Shown: positions 40,221 through 49,218 of the stretch, piece by piece | Layout: each line of letters starts with the position of its first letter | Numbering within the stretch: the first letter of the stretch is position 1 | DNA from: an uncultured delta proteobacterium | Lineage (GTDB): Bacteria; Desulfobacterota; Desulfomonilia; UBA1062 | DNA length: 64,000 nucleotides | Direction of reading: 5' to 3' | Assembly: GCA_963798485.1 (NCBI GenBank) | Contig: CAWCTR010000017.1 | Location: forward strand, 64,001 to 128,000 | Notes under the pieces: generated by a model | Seen by the model: the letters and a program-made list of their open reading frames with translations, nothing else | Database searches by the model: none | What the model was told of the DNA's origin: nothing | Program-made: the position numbers and the translations under genes

Positions 40221-40611
40221 TACCTCTCTCCTTTTTCTATTGTCCAAAACATCTTCTCTCAGCATAGTTTCCGTTGCAACCAGAGTAAACCCATCATTAT
40301 TAATTGTAATCTTGCATACTTTTCAAAATCGGTCAATTCTGCTTCCAGGGAGTACATCAACCGGATGAACCTTAAATAAGTGGTCTATATACGTCCTGAG
40401 CAAGAGCTCATTCATGAACTCACAACAATTGATAGTGGAGGAAGCAAAACCCTTCCTGTTCGAATAAAGCGATCTTATTAATACAAAGATCTTGACAATG
40501 ACCTCAAAATATCACCTAAGGATGCATGAATCATATGGTTATAAACCAAGAATCTACTTCGATTTAAATATCTCTAAATATTACCAATATAATTATGGGA
40601 GGATGATAATC

Positions 40612-40839
40612 ATGGCTACTCGCGGAAGGAAACCGATAAGTTTGAGGAGTGATGGTAAGGCATCAAAGCTCATCAAAAAGAACTATTATCTTGATGAAAG
40701 ATATACAAAGGCTCTTACGGTACTTTCTGCATTAACGGGCAAAGAGCTCTCTCTTCTTGTTAATGAGGCTATTGGCTTGTTGATAAAGAAATACCAACCT
40801 AAGACTGAGATCAAGCTTCTCGATTTGAAATCGATTTAA
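40612..40839 (+). CDS. RHH protein, copy 5 (diverged)
   Basis: MATRGRKP..KLIKKNYYLDER.TKALTVLSALTGKELSLLVNEAI; GGAGG RBS. Confidence 0.8.
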   Translation: MATRGRKPISLRSDGKASKLIKKNYYLDERYTKALTVLSALTGKELSLLVNEAIGLLIKKYQPKTEIKLLDLKSI

Positions 40840-40855
40840 AGACAAGATTAATGGA

Positions 40856-41101
40856 ATGATCGCATTGAAATCTTCAACAAGTGATGGTTCGGTGTTTCAG
40901 GTTTATTATGATGACGAGCTCATTGGACATATCCGCAGGAAAAGCAGTTTGAATGGCGATAAATATATGGCATCAATTGATATGAATGGTGAAGAAAAGA
41001 GCAATAATAAGGCATTCGATAGCCCTGATGAAGCTCTCAAGTGGATTGAAGTGAATCAAGGAACCTTTTCCCAAGACGGCTCAGTTCCAAGGTCTGAGTG
41101 A
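40856..41101 (+). CDS. Small hypothetical protein
   Basis: 81 aa ORF 16 bp after RHH copy 5. Confidence 0.6.
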   Translation: MIALKSSTSDGSVFQVYYDDELIGHIRRKSSLNGDKYMASIDMNGEEKSNNKAFDSPDEALKWIEVNQGTFSQDGSVPRSE

Positions 41102-41162
41102 AGATTATGGTTTCAAATATTCAGTAATCATAGACCATTGCAGATGGCACGTGATCTATACT

Positions 41163-41741
41163 CTAACGCAGCCATACACAATAAGGCTCCGTCAGTTTTG
41201 CTACCGCGATAATCCTACGATACCGAGATTTCATTCTGTCTGGATGTGTTGACATGTCTTTTTGAATAACGCAAACAGTAGAGCAACCAAGTATGAATTT
41301 CAAAGGCTTCTCTTCAGCAGAAAAATCGCTGTATTTCCATAGGTCAATTGTTCCACTGACATTGGTTGTCATTATATCGAAAACAAGCGCTGTAGCGCTG
41401 GAATCAATTTTCCCTGTGACAGGACCGACACCTTTCGGAAGTTGAGACCATATCTTTTTATCAACAGAATGTTCTTTTGCGGCTTCATTATTTGTTGTAG
41501 GCCGAGCACCACCCTTGGAAGATGGTTCAACAAAAATTGTATAGGCAGGGGATGACGTGCAAATATCTTGTACCTGAACTGGAAGTGCTTTTGGTGACCT
41601 CATGAGCCAGAATGTTTTGCCAGTTAGTTCAATATCAGCAATTTTTCTGTTAAAAATGACATCAACGCTCTCTCCAGCATGAGCGCCCATAACGCTAATT
41701 ATGCACAGATCACTCTTTAATGCTTCTTCAAGTAGCGTCAT
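41163..41741 (-). CDS. Hypothetical protein (gene-cassette-like)
   Basis: 192 aa; GGAGGAG RBS directly after a GTTAGCG core site. Confidence 0.75.
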   Translation of the reverse strand: MTLLEEALKSDLCIISVMGAHAGESVDVIFNRKIADIELTGKTFWLMRSPKALPVQVQDICTSSPAYTIFVEPSSKGGARPTTNNEAAKEHSVDKKIWSQLPKGVGPVTGKIDSSATALVFDIMTTNVSGTIDLWKYSDFSAEEKPLKFILGCSTVCVIQKDMSTHPDRMKSRYRRIIAVAKLTEPYCVWLR

Positions 41742-41757
41742 ATTTCAACTCCTCCAT

Positions 41758-41814
41758 CGCTAACGAAAAAATCACCGGCGGCTGTAAGCCTTCCTGTAAT
41801 TTGGTTGATTATAC
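41758..41814 (-). other. attC-like integron recombination site
   Basis: 57 bp GTATAAT...GGCTTACAGCCGCCGGTGATTTTTTC-GTTAGCG overlapping the upstream stop codon. Confidence 0.65.
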
Positions 41815-42654
41815 GTTTTGTAAATCTTTGAGAGATTTACCCTGCGCATTTACCCAAGCTGTGAGACCGTTTGCACTACCACCATGAATGACAGCTGCTG
41901 CAGCACTAGGGCTTGAAAATTCCGTGTCTCTTACAAAGACATATTTATCACCTTCTTGAAGAAGCCCGCCTTCTTCGATTAGCCTATTCCTTTGAACCAT
42001 GACACTCGGCCATTTCTTTGCGGATCCACGTTCATCAAGAACTGCTTCTGACTTAGCTAAAACTACTATTCCATTTGGCGTGAGGTAGCCATGGGCAAGA
42101 ACATTTTTAATTTTGCAGGTGAGCATTTCTTTTTTAGCTTCACTTGCATCTTTAGACGTTGTCTGAACGAATGCCTCGATTCCAAGTACCGGCAAAACTT
42201 GTTGCATTTTCTCCAAAAATACCTCCATGTCCTCCCTATCTGATTCAGGGAGTTTTGCACCGCTGCTCTGGCTGTTCATGATGACTGATCTATTAGCCGA
42301 TTTTGCCAATTCAATTAGTCTGCCTTCAATATACCGAACATGAGCTTTGGTAAGATTTTCATCTTTCATTATAAAAAAGGCGATATTGTTCCAGAAGTCT
42401 TTTGACAAATGGCTTTTTATTCGATCTCTAATACATTCAGCTTCACCTATATAGATCACACTCTTGTTGGTATCCGGATCTGTTCCCGTAAGGAAATAGA
42501 CACCAGAGTTTATGGATTCTTCTCTTTCTAAAACTTTTTCAAACTCGCTTCTAGGCCCAGCTACAGCTTTACCAGTCCAATTGGAAAGCTCAACGATTCT
42601 TAATCGTTTTGGGTCTCCAAATGCTAGAAACATCTTCAATGTTGCTGTAGGCAT
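41809..42654 (-). CDS. GIY-YIG nuclease with DUF4357-like C-terminal domain
   Basis: GVYFL..IYIGE...R...H; FSSPSAAAAVI.G.SANG...W. Confidence 0.88.
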   Translation of the reverse strand: MPTATLKMFLAFGDPKRLRIVELSNWTGKAVAGPRSEFEKVLEREESINSGVYFLTGTDPDTNKSVIYIGEAECIRDRIKSHLSKDFWNNIAFFIMKDENLTKAHVRYIEGRLIELAKSANRSVIMNSQSSGAKLPESDREDMEVFLEKMQQVLPVLGIEAFVQTTSKDASEAKKEMLTCKIKNVLAHGYLTPNGIVVLAKSEAVLDERGSAKKWPSVMVQRNRLIEEGGLLQEGDKYVFVRDTEFSSPSAAAAVIHGGSANGLTAWVNAQGKSLKDLQNV

Positions 42655-42667
42655 ATAATCTCCCTAT

Positions 42668-42724
42668 GCATAATGTACCTATAACTTGCGGCTGAAATCC
42701 GTTCGATGAATTGGTGGGTTAGGC
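42668..42724 (-). other. Degenerate attC-like site
   Basis: 57 bp GCCTAAC...CAGCCGC...ATTATGC; aligns without gaps to 41758-41814 (27/43 internal identities). Confidence 0.55.
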
Positions 42725-43047
42725 GTCTGCATATACTCTGGTGGACTTGCTAAGGCCTTTCTTACTACCTCAGCAACTGTTACTTCCGTTATGCCGTTCC
42801 TTTTACAGTATTTAGATTGAAGCCAAGCAGTCAATTCCTTTGTTCCTTTGCTTGCGTTGCATGAAAGGCAGCATCTGGCGATGTTATCACGGGTGACTAT
42901 TCGTGCGTCGTTAACAATATGCTCCCAAGAAGGTCTGGATCCTTTTGATTCATTAGATGGCAGAAATTCAACGCCGCAATACACACAGCGCCTGTCTCTT
43001 GCTATGACTTCTTGTTCCAACCAATTTGGTATATTCCAACGATTCAC
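42679..43047 (-). CDS. HNH endonuclease
   Basis: RD..CVYCG, EHI, N...C..CNASKG; GTG start with AAGGGG RBS. Confidence 0.85.
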   Translation of the reverse strand: MNRWNIPNWLEQEVIARDRRCVYCGVEFLPSNESKGSRPSWEHIVNDARIVTRDNIARCCLSCNASKGTKELTAWLQSKYCKRNGITEVTVAEVVRKALASPPEYMQTPNPPIHRTDFSRKL

Positions 43048-43369
43048 ATTCAGACCCCTTTTAGATTCCAATGATACTATGCGTATAACCTGTCGATAAG
43101 ATGCCAGAATCACCACTCCAGAAATAGTACTATCTGCTTGATATGTAAAGAAGGAGCACAAAGCGACAGACTATATGATCAATAAGAATACTGCCAAACT
43201 CCAGACCATAGATAACTGCATAAACTGTCTGGATTCTTAAAGTCCCATAAACCGTTAATTTTGAAATATAATCTTCATATTGCCTGGTTCTTTATCAGTG
43301 TTGGTATCTTTATATGAATCGAGTGAAGGCAATCGACCCATGGCATCATGAAAGATATTCAACCCACTC

Positions 43370-43525
43370 AACGCCACTCTTCACCTCCAACATCAGCGCA
43401 GGACCACTATCGCCTGCAGACAGCACCATAGACCAATCAATTGACATCAATGAGTTCATTATCAAGAACCAACCGCACCTTCTTCGTCAGGGTCGAGGGT
43501 ACATCCAAGATCGATGCCGGGATTC
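43370..43525 (+). pseudogene. umuD: UmuD/LexA S24 peptidase fragment
   Basis: PLF...ISAG..SPAD......D.NE..I, then shifted frame FFVRVEG.S..DAGI; truncated. Confidence 0.7.
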
Positions 43526-43818
43526 ATCCTTTCCTTATCCTGCCCATGAACAAATCCATTTCCCAGTTGCCCAACCCCACAATGATCACTGTCACCTTCG
43601 CCATAACCATCGCTGTCACTGCATCTGCTCGCCCTGGTTTGTTTAGAATTCCTGATGAAGAGGCTGATTTACTGGATGTGGCGTGAAAGATTTGATGGCG
43701 GGGCTGGGTCGGAGTGGAAGTGGACAATCTGGTTTTGGTGGAAGTGAGATGCGGGAAGGTAGGCATGCTGAGAGATGGGTGAGTTATGAATCCTACTCGT
43801 ACATTCTTACATAATTAA

Positions 43819-43838
43819 AGTGGGACAGGAGTGGGACA
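43819..43838. repeat. Direct repeat AGTGGGACA x2, possible integrase arm-type sites
   Basis: 43819-43827 and 43830-43838, ~60 bp beyond the tRNA 3' end. Confidence 0.45.
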
Positions 43839-43899
43839 AATTGCGGTCAAATGAAAAAAGGTTCACAGGTTATTCCCTGTAAACCCGCTTATTTACGAG

Positions 43900-43972
43900 C
43901 TCCTCGGGTAGGACTCGAACCTACAACCTAGTGGTTAACAGCCACCCGCTCTGCCGATTGAGCTACCGAGGA
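43900..43972 (-). tRNA. tRNA-Asn (GTT)
   Basis: Acceptor stem TCCTCGG/CCGAGGA, D arm AGCTCAATCGGCAGAGC, anticodon loop CTGTTAA, GGTTCGAGTCC; CCA not encoded. Confidence 0.97.
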
Positions 43973-44027
43973 ATGGTCAATGGACTGAATTGATAGCCGT
44001 GATTTCACTGCTTGTCAAGTAATGACA

Positions 44028-44933
44028 TTAATAATAGGTAAGCAGGCTTTCGTATCGTCCAACGGTCCCTGAATACACCTCGCGGATGCGTGACATGAGC
44101 GAGCGGGTAATAGGGCCGGGACAGGTGAGTTTGTAGACTTCGATCTGTTTGATAGGCTGCACCTGTCTTAAGGTGCCTGAGAAAAAGGCCTCATCATACT
44201 CGCATAAGTCCTGGGGGAGGATGTGTGTCTCTTTGACCGTGTATCCTATGTCTTTCAGTACATCGATAACAACCTTCCTGGTGATGCCGGGAAGGACGTT
44301 CTCCTTGGTGGGGGTCTCCACACACTTTTCCCTGGCAAGGAAGATGTTGGAAGTCGGTCCTTCTGCCACAAACCCGTTGGTGTCTAGCATCAAGGCCTCG
44401 TCAAACCCCTTCCTGCTCACCTCGGTCCTGGCCAGAAATCCGTTTACATAGTTGCCTACCACTTTGGCATGGACAGCTGCTGTGGCCGGGTGGAGCTTTC
44501 GGTACTGGGATATGCCCACCAGGAGCGGCGCGCTGAAACTATCAGGGTCCGAGCCCAGAGAGCTGTAATCGAGGCAGAATATTGCTGCCGATACCTTCTC
44601 CGGCGGCTTGGGCCCAAGGTCAGTGCCTGAATAATAGGCATAGAACTTCGCTATGCCGCTTCTGACTGAGTTGGCACGTGCCGTAGCTATGATGGCGTTT
44701 TTGATATCTTCAGGGCTGAAGGGGATGCTCATATAGGTCCTCTCGGCGCTGGAAAAGAACCTTTCCACATGCTCATCGAGGCAGATGAGCGCGGGGCCTT
44801 TCTTGGCGGGAACAACGGCCATAACGTCGAATATGGCGGAAGCCCTGCTGAAGCTCTGTGAAAGGGGGGAGACGCGTGCCTCCATCCAGTCCACGAGCTT
44901 ACCATCCACCCATGCCATAATCTGCTTTGACAT
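44028..44933 (-). CDS. ilvE: Branched-chain amino acid aminotransferase (PLP class IV)
   Basis: HAK..GNY, GFDEALMLD..G.VAEG...NIF, LPGITR. Confidence 0.85.
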   Translation of the reverse strand: MSKQIMAWVDGKLVDWMEARVSPLSQSFSRASAIFDVMAVVPAKKGPALICLDEHVERFFSSAERTYMSIPFSPEDIKNAIIATARANSVRSGIAKFYAYYSGTDLGPKPPEKVSAAIFCLDYSSLGSDPDSFSAPLLVGISQYRKLHPATAAVHAKVVGNYVNGFLARTEVSRKGFDEALMLDTNGFVAEGPTSNIFLAREKCVETPTKENVLPGITRKVVIDVLKDIGYTVKETHILPQDLCEYDEAFFSGTLRQVQPIKQIEVYKLTCPGPITRSLMSRIREVYSGTVGRYESLLTYY

Positions 44934-45107
44934 AGTGCATATTCCTATATGGGCTTATGCGTAGTGTCAAGAGAGCAGAGGATGATTATGAAAGTTAAAT
45001 CTCCTTATTTACTGTGAGACATCCTCTCATGGAATGTATTGCATGGCTTGGCGTTATGCGATAATCTAGATCACACTTAGATCAAAGAATGCATATGAGG
45101 TCATGCG

Positions 45108-45761
45108 ATGAGAAGAGGAGTTATAGGTTTTGAGGTTCTTGTCTGCGCGATCTTCATCTTTTTGTCACCGGTATGTCTGCATGCCAAGGGAATGTATGTA
45201 AGGGACTGGATCGTTATTACGCTGCGGTCCGCCCCCACTGAAACATCTTCAGCCATGGGCACGGCAAGCACCAATGAGCATGTGGAAGTCCTTGAGGAGG
45301 GTAAAGGTTGGATGCGGATCCAGACCAAGGACGGGAAAGAGGGATGGGTCGCCGGCCGCTTCCTGAGCGCTCAGCCGCCCAGGACGATGCATCTGAGACA
45401 GTTGGAAGAAAAGATCATGGCCTCGCAGGTTGAGAATATGCGGTTGCGAGGTCTCATCTCAGGACGCACATCAAGCGGAATTACCTCTCCTGGTGCAGCA
45501 CAGCCAGGTATCATGGTTCCCCCGGAGGGTGCATTAGCTGACTGCCCCAGGCTTAAACAGGATTATGACAAGCTGGTGCAAGATTCCCGGGAATACTCAA
45601 GAAAGATAAGTATCATTGATGCAGAGAATAACAGGTTAAAGACATCGGAAAGGATCATCTTCACCTTTATGGGCGGGATATTCATTATCCTCGGAATCGT
45701 GATAGGCCTGTTTGTCCAGATGGTAAGGGCGCGTCCCAAGAAACCGGGATACAAATTCTAA
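45108..45761 (+). CDS. SH3b-domain membrane protein (YgiM/TIGR04211-like)
   Basis: Signal peptide, GW.RI....GKEGWV, coiled coil, C-terminal TM. Confidence 0.8.
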   Translation: MRRGVIGFEVLVCAIFIFLSPVCLHAKGMYVRDWIVITLRSAPTETSSAMGTASTNEHVEVLEEGKGWMRIQTKDGKEGWVAGRFLSAQPPRTMHLRQLEEKIMASQVENMRLRGLISGRTSSGITSPGAAQPGIMVPPEGALADCPRLKQDYDKLVQDSREYSRKISIIDAENNRLKTSERIIFTFMGGIFIILGIVIGLFVQMVRARPKKPGYKF

Positions 45762-45785
45762 ACCAACAATGAAGCGGGTGGTGCT

Positions 45786-46766
45786 ATGCTGAAAAAGTAC
45801 GAACGACTGAGCTCTCGTGTAACAATCAAAGATATTCTGAAGGCAAAGACAGCCATCAACACCTATATCCACCGGACGAACCTCATTTATTACTCGGAAC
45901 TCAGCAGGATCATAGGGTGCGATGCCTTTGTGAAGCATGAGAACCACCTACCCACCGGCTCCTTCAAGATCCGCGGAGCCTTGAACTTCTTCCAGGCCAT
46001 CCCCAAAGAAGATGTGGCCAATGGGGTGCTCGTCTCCACAAGGGGCAACCACGGCCTTGCCATGGCATGGGCCGGCCAGTGGTTCCATACGCCATGCACC
46101 GTGGTGGTCCCGGAGAACAACAACCCCGAGATCAACCGGATTATTGAGAGCTTTGGGGCGGAACTTATCGTGCACGGGCATGATTTCTATGATGCCCAGT
46201 TCTATTGTGACGAGCTGGTTGCCGCCGCCGGCTACTACTATGTGGAACAGGGAAATGAACCCGAGATGTTAAACGGAATCGGCACCATGGGCCTTGAGAT
46301 CTTCGAGGACCTGCCTGACGTGGACGTGATCATCTGCCCCATCGGGGGCGGCGGGGGATGCGCATCTTTGCTTCGGGTCGCACAGGCCATCAACCCGACA
46401 GTCGAGATCATTGGCGTACAGGCAGCCAAGGCCCCTGCGTTCTATAATTCTCTGCAAAAAGGCGAGTGGGTAGTGCTGGATGATGCGGAAACCATTGCTG
46501 AAGGTCTTGCGGCGCGGAGTGTATTCCAGCTCCCCTATATAATCATGAAGGATCACATCAAAGAGGTGGTCCTCTTAAGCGAGGATGAGGTACTGGAGGG
46601 CATCCGCATGGCGCTCACCACCACGCACAATCTTGCCGAGGGCGCCGGTGCGGCCTCGCTCATTGCTGCGGTAAAGATAAAGGAAAGGCTCAAAGGCAAG
46701 AAGGTGGCGCTTATCATGTCCGGAGGGAACCTCGACAGGGCGCACCTGGAGCTTGCGTTGCGCTAG
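45786..46766 (+). CDS. Threonine/serine dehydratase family PLP enzyme
   Basis: K.EN..PTGSFKIRGA, S.GNHG, PIGGGG, SGGN; no ACT domain. Confidence 0.9.
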   Translation: MLKKYERLSSRVTIKDILKAKTAINTYIHRTNLIYYSELSRIIGCDAFVKHENHLPTGSFKIRGALNFFQAIPKEDVANGVLVSTRGNHGLAMAWAGQWFHTPCTVVVPENNNPEINRIIESFGAELIVHGHDFYDAQFYCDELVAAAGYYYVEQGNEPEMLNGIGTMGLEIFEDLPDVDVIICPIGGGGGCASLLRVAQAINPTVEIIGVQAAKAPAFYNSLQKGEWVVLDDAETIAEGLAARSVFQLPYIIMKDHIKEVVLLSEDEVLEGIRMALTTTHNLAEGAGAASLIAAVKIKERLKGKKVALIMSGGNLDRAHLELALR

Positions 46767-47680
46767 AGTTCGTCGGTATCGCCGGCGATCTCGAAGGCGC
46801 CGGCCCATTTCCTGTTGATCTGTTCCTGGACCTTTTCGATCCGGGATGGATCCATCAGCCTGAACCGGCTCTGTGCCTTGAAGAACTCCACTACCGGCAC
46901 CAGCGAGCGCTTATCCGCGATCTTCCGGGATGCACCGGTCAGTTTGAGAGAAGAATCCTCCACCTCGTAAAGCTCAAACAGACCTGTCTCTACGGACAGC
47001 TTCCCCAGCTTCACGGTGTAACGGGCCTCGAAGCCCCAGCCCGGAGGGCAGGGGATCTGGATGTGGATATATTTTACCCCTGGCAGTGTTACGGCCTTTT
47101 GTACCTTGTCATAGAGGTCAAGGGGATACGATGCGGAACATGTGGCCACATAAGAAAGGTTATGGGCCGCCATAATGGCCGGGACATCCTTTTTCTGCTG
47201 TAGTTTTCCCTTGATAGGCGTGTTTGAGGTGATGGCCCACTGGGGGGTCGTGCCCGAACGCTGGACGCCCGTGTTCATATAACCCTCGTTGTCGTAACAG
47301 ATGAACAGGAAGTTATCTCCACGCTCGGATGCGCCTGAGAGCGCCTGGAGCCCGATGTCGGCCGTGCCGCCGTCTCCGGCCCATGCCACGACCTTGATGT
47401 CCGGTTTATTAAGTGCCTTGAGCGCGGCAAGCATCCCTGTGGATGCCGCGGCAGTCGAGGCAAAGGTGACATTCAGACAGGGAAGCTTGGTCGCAGCAAC
47501 CGGGTAGAGCCCCTGAAGAACGGTGAGGCAGCTCGGAGGCACCACGAGGATGGTGTTTTTGCCGAGCGCCTTCAGCGCGATCCGGTATGCAATGCCCAGG
47601 CCGCAGCCTGCGCAGGCCCTGTTGCCGGGGTGTACGAATTCCTCTTCAGGCAGGCTCAGGATGGTAGTCTTCATATGCAT
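46763..47680 (-). CDS. porB: 2-oxoacid:ferredoxin oxidoreductase beta subunit
   Basis: ACAGCG, GDGGTADIG, YDNEGYMNTG.QRS, PCP.GW. Confidence 0.9.
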   Translation of the reverse strand: MHMKTTILSLPEEEFVHPGNRACAGCGLGIAYRIALKALGKNTILVVPPSCLTVLQGLYPVAATKLPCLNVTFASTAAASTGMLAALKALNKPDIKVVAWAGDGGTADIGLQALSGASERGDNFLFICYDNEGYMNTGVQRSGTTPQWAITSNTPIKGKLQQKKDVPAIMAAHNLSYVATCSASYPLDLYDKVQKAVTLPGVKYIHIQIPCPPGWGFEARYTVKLGKLSVETGLFELYEVEDSSLKLTGASRKIADKRSLVPVVEFFKAQSRFRLMDPSRIEKVQEQINRKWAGAFEIAGDTDEL

Positions 47681-47693
47681 GGCATTGCTCTCC

Positions 47694-48899
47694 TTAGATC
47701 TTCAACCCGATCCACTTCAGGCCGGCGCCTTTCTTGCCGCCGTTCAAGCAGCTGTCTTTGAAGGCCTCATAGAGATCAGCGGTCTTTATCTCCCTGCCGC
47801 CGAGGCCAAGGATGTAATTATGGACAAAAGGCCTCTTCTTCCGGGACCCGTTGAAACTATACAGGGCCGCTTTGACATCAGAGCACAGGGCGCCTTCATA
47901 TCCGTAGCTGAGCGCCTTCTCGAAGACGGCCACGCCTTCGGCGCCTTCAAGCCCTTGTGCAATGACCTGGGCAGGAAACGGCCGGTAGAGGTGGATGCTC
48001 ATGATCCCGGCCTTGATGCCTTCATCCCGCAGAGAGTCAATGACCTCCCGCAGGTGGTATGAGAGCGATCCCAGGCTTACGGCGATGAACCGGGCATCCT
48101 CGCACTGATATGTCTCATAATGGGGATTGCCGCCCCGGCCGAAGTGTTCTTTGAAACGCCCCTCAACGCGGCCCATTACATTGATTGCCTCTTGCATATC
48201 TTCCTGGAGGAGGTATCTGATCTCCATGTAACCGTGGGCGGTCCGGCCTTTCGCATCAACCCTCACATCGGGTAATGTAACGGTATTCAAGTTGGCCGGG
48301 TGCGCAGGGTCCAGCGCGTAGGCCGGTTTATAGGGAGGCAGGAATGCATCCGAGAGCTCCTGGCCCGGCACGTCGAAGGGCATGTAGGTGTGGGAGAGCA
48401 GATAGCCGTCATAGCAGAGCATGACAGGGATCATGACCTCCTCAGCGAGCATGAAGGCCTTGATGACGCCGTCTATGATCTGCTGGTGGTCATTGACATA
48501 AATTTGTATCCACCCTGTGTCCCGCTGGGAAATGGAATCCTGGTGGTCGTTCCAGATGGTCCAAGGCGCCCCGACACCCCTGTTCACCACGCACATGACT
48601 AAGGGCAGCCTGGCGCCTGCGGCCCAGTGGATCTGCTCGTGCATATAGAGCAGCCCGTTGGCGCTGGTGGCGGTGAAGGCCCTGGCCCCGGTTGATGAAG
48701 CGGCAATGCAGACCGCCAGGGCGCTGTGCTCGCTCTCCACAGGCACATACTGGGCATCCATCTCACCGGACTCGATGAACTCCGAGAGTTTCTCGGTGAG
48801 CGGGGTCTGGGGGGTTATGGGATATGCTGCAATCACCTGTGCCCGCGATAGCTTCACGCCGAGAGCGGCAGCGACATTGCCTGATTCGATGATGTGCAT
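47694..48899 (-). CDS. porA: 2-oxoacid:ferredoxin oxidoreductase alpha subunit
   Basis: AYPITPQT, ESEHSA, RPFP, GLGGR; start MHIIESG. Confidence 0.9.
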   Translation of the reverse strand: MHIIESGNVAAALGVKLSRAQVIAAYPITPQTPLTEKLSEFIESGEMDAQYVPVESEHSALAVCIAASSTGARAFTATSANGLLYMHEQIHWAAGARLPLVMCVVNRGVGAPWTIWNDHQDSISQRDTGWIQIYVNDHQQIIDGVIKAFMLAEEVMIPVMLCYDGYLLSHTYMPFDVPGQELSDAFLPPYKPAYALDPAHPANLNTVTLPDVRVDAKGRTAHGYMEIRYLLQEDMQEAINVMGRVEGRFKEHFGRGGNPHYETYQCEDARFIAVSLGSLSYHLREVIDSLRDEGIKAGIMSIHLYRPFPAQVIAQGLEGAEGVAVFEKALSYGYEGALCSDVKAALYSFNGSRKKRPFVHNYILGLGGREIKTADLYEAFKDSCLNGGKKGAGLKWIGLKI

Positions 48900-48900
48900 T

Positions 48901-49215
48901 CTACCGCTTCCTCTCTTCTGTTTGTATGAAACAGGACTCTTCCACCATGGTGATGGCCTTGGTGGGACATTCTTCTGCGCAGATCCCGCAGCCCTTGCAG
49001 TATTCATAGTCGATTGTCGGGGGTACGGTCCTGGTGATCACCCCGTCCGGGCAGTAGAGCCAGCAGATGAAGCACCCTGCCGCGCCCCGCTTTGCCGGGA
49101 TGCAGGTGTTTGCATCTATGATGGGGCGTGCTACCCTCCATGAGCCGGTCCTGCCGCCGTCACCCGGGCCTGGTTCACTATGCGATGTCTTGTGGCCGTA
49201 TTGGCGTGTACCCAC
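48901..49215 (-). CDS. porD: 2-oxoacid:ferredoxin oxidoreductase delta (ferredoxin) subunit
   Basis: TGSWR..RP, CWLYCPD, YCKGCGICAEECP. Confidence 0.9.
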   Translation of the reverse strand: MGTRQYGHKTSHSEPGPGDGGRTGSWRVARPIIDANTCIPAKRGAAGCFICWLYCPDGVITRTVPPTIDYEYCKGCGICAEECPTKAITMVEESCFIQTEERKR

Positions 49216-49218
49216 CGT

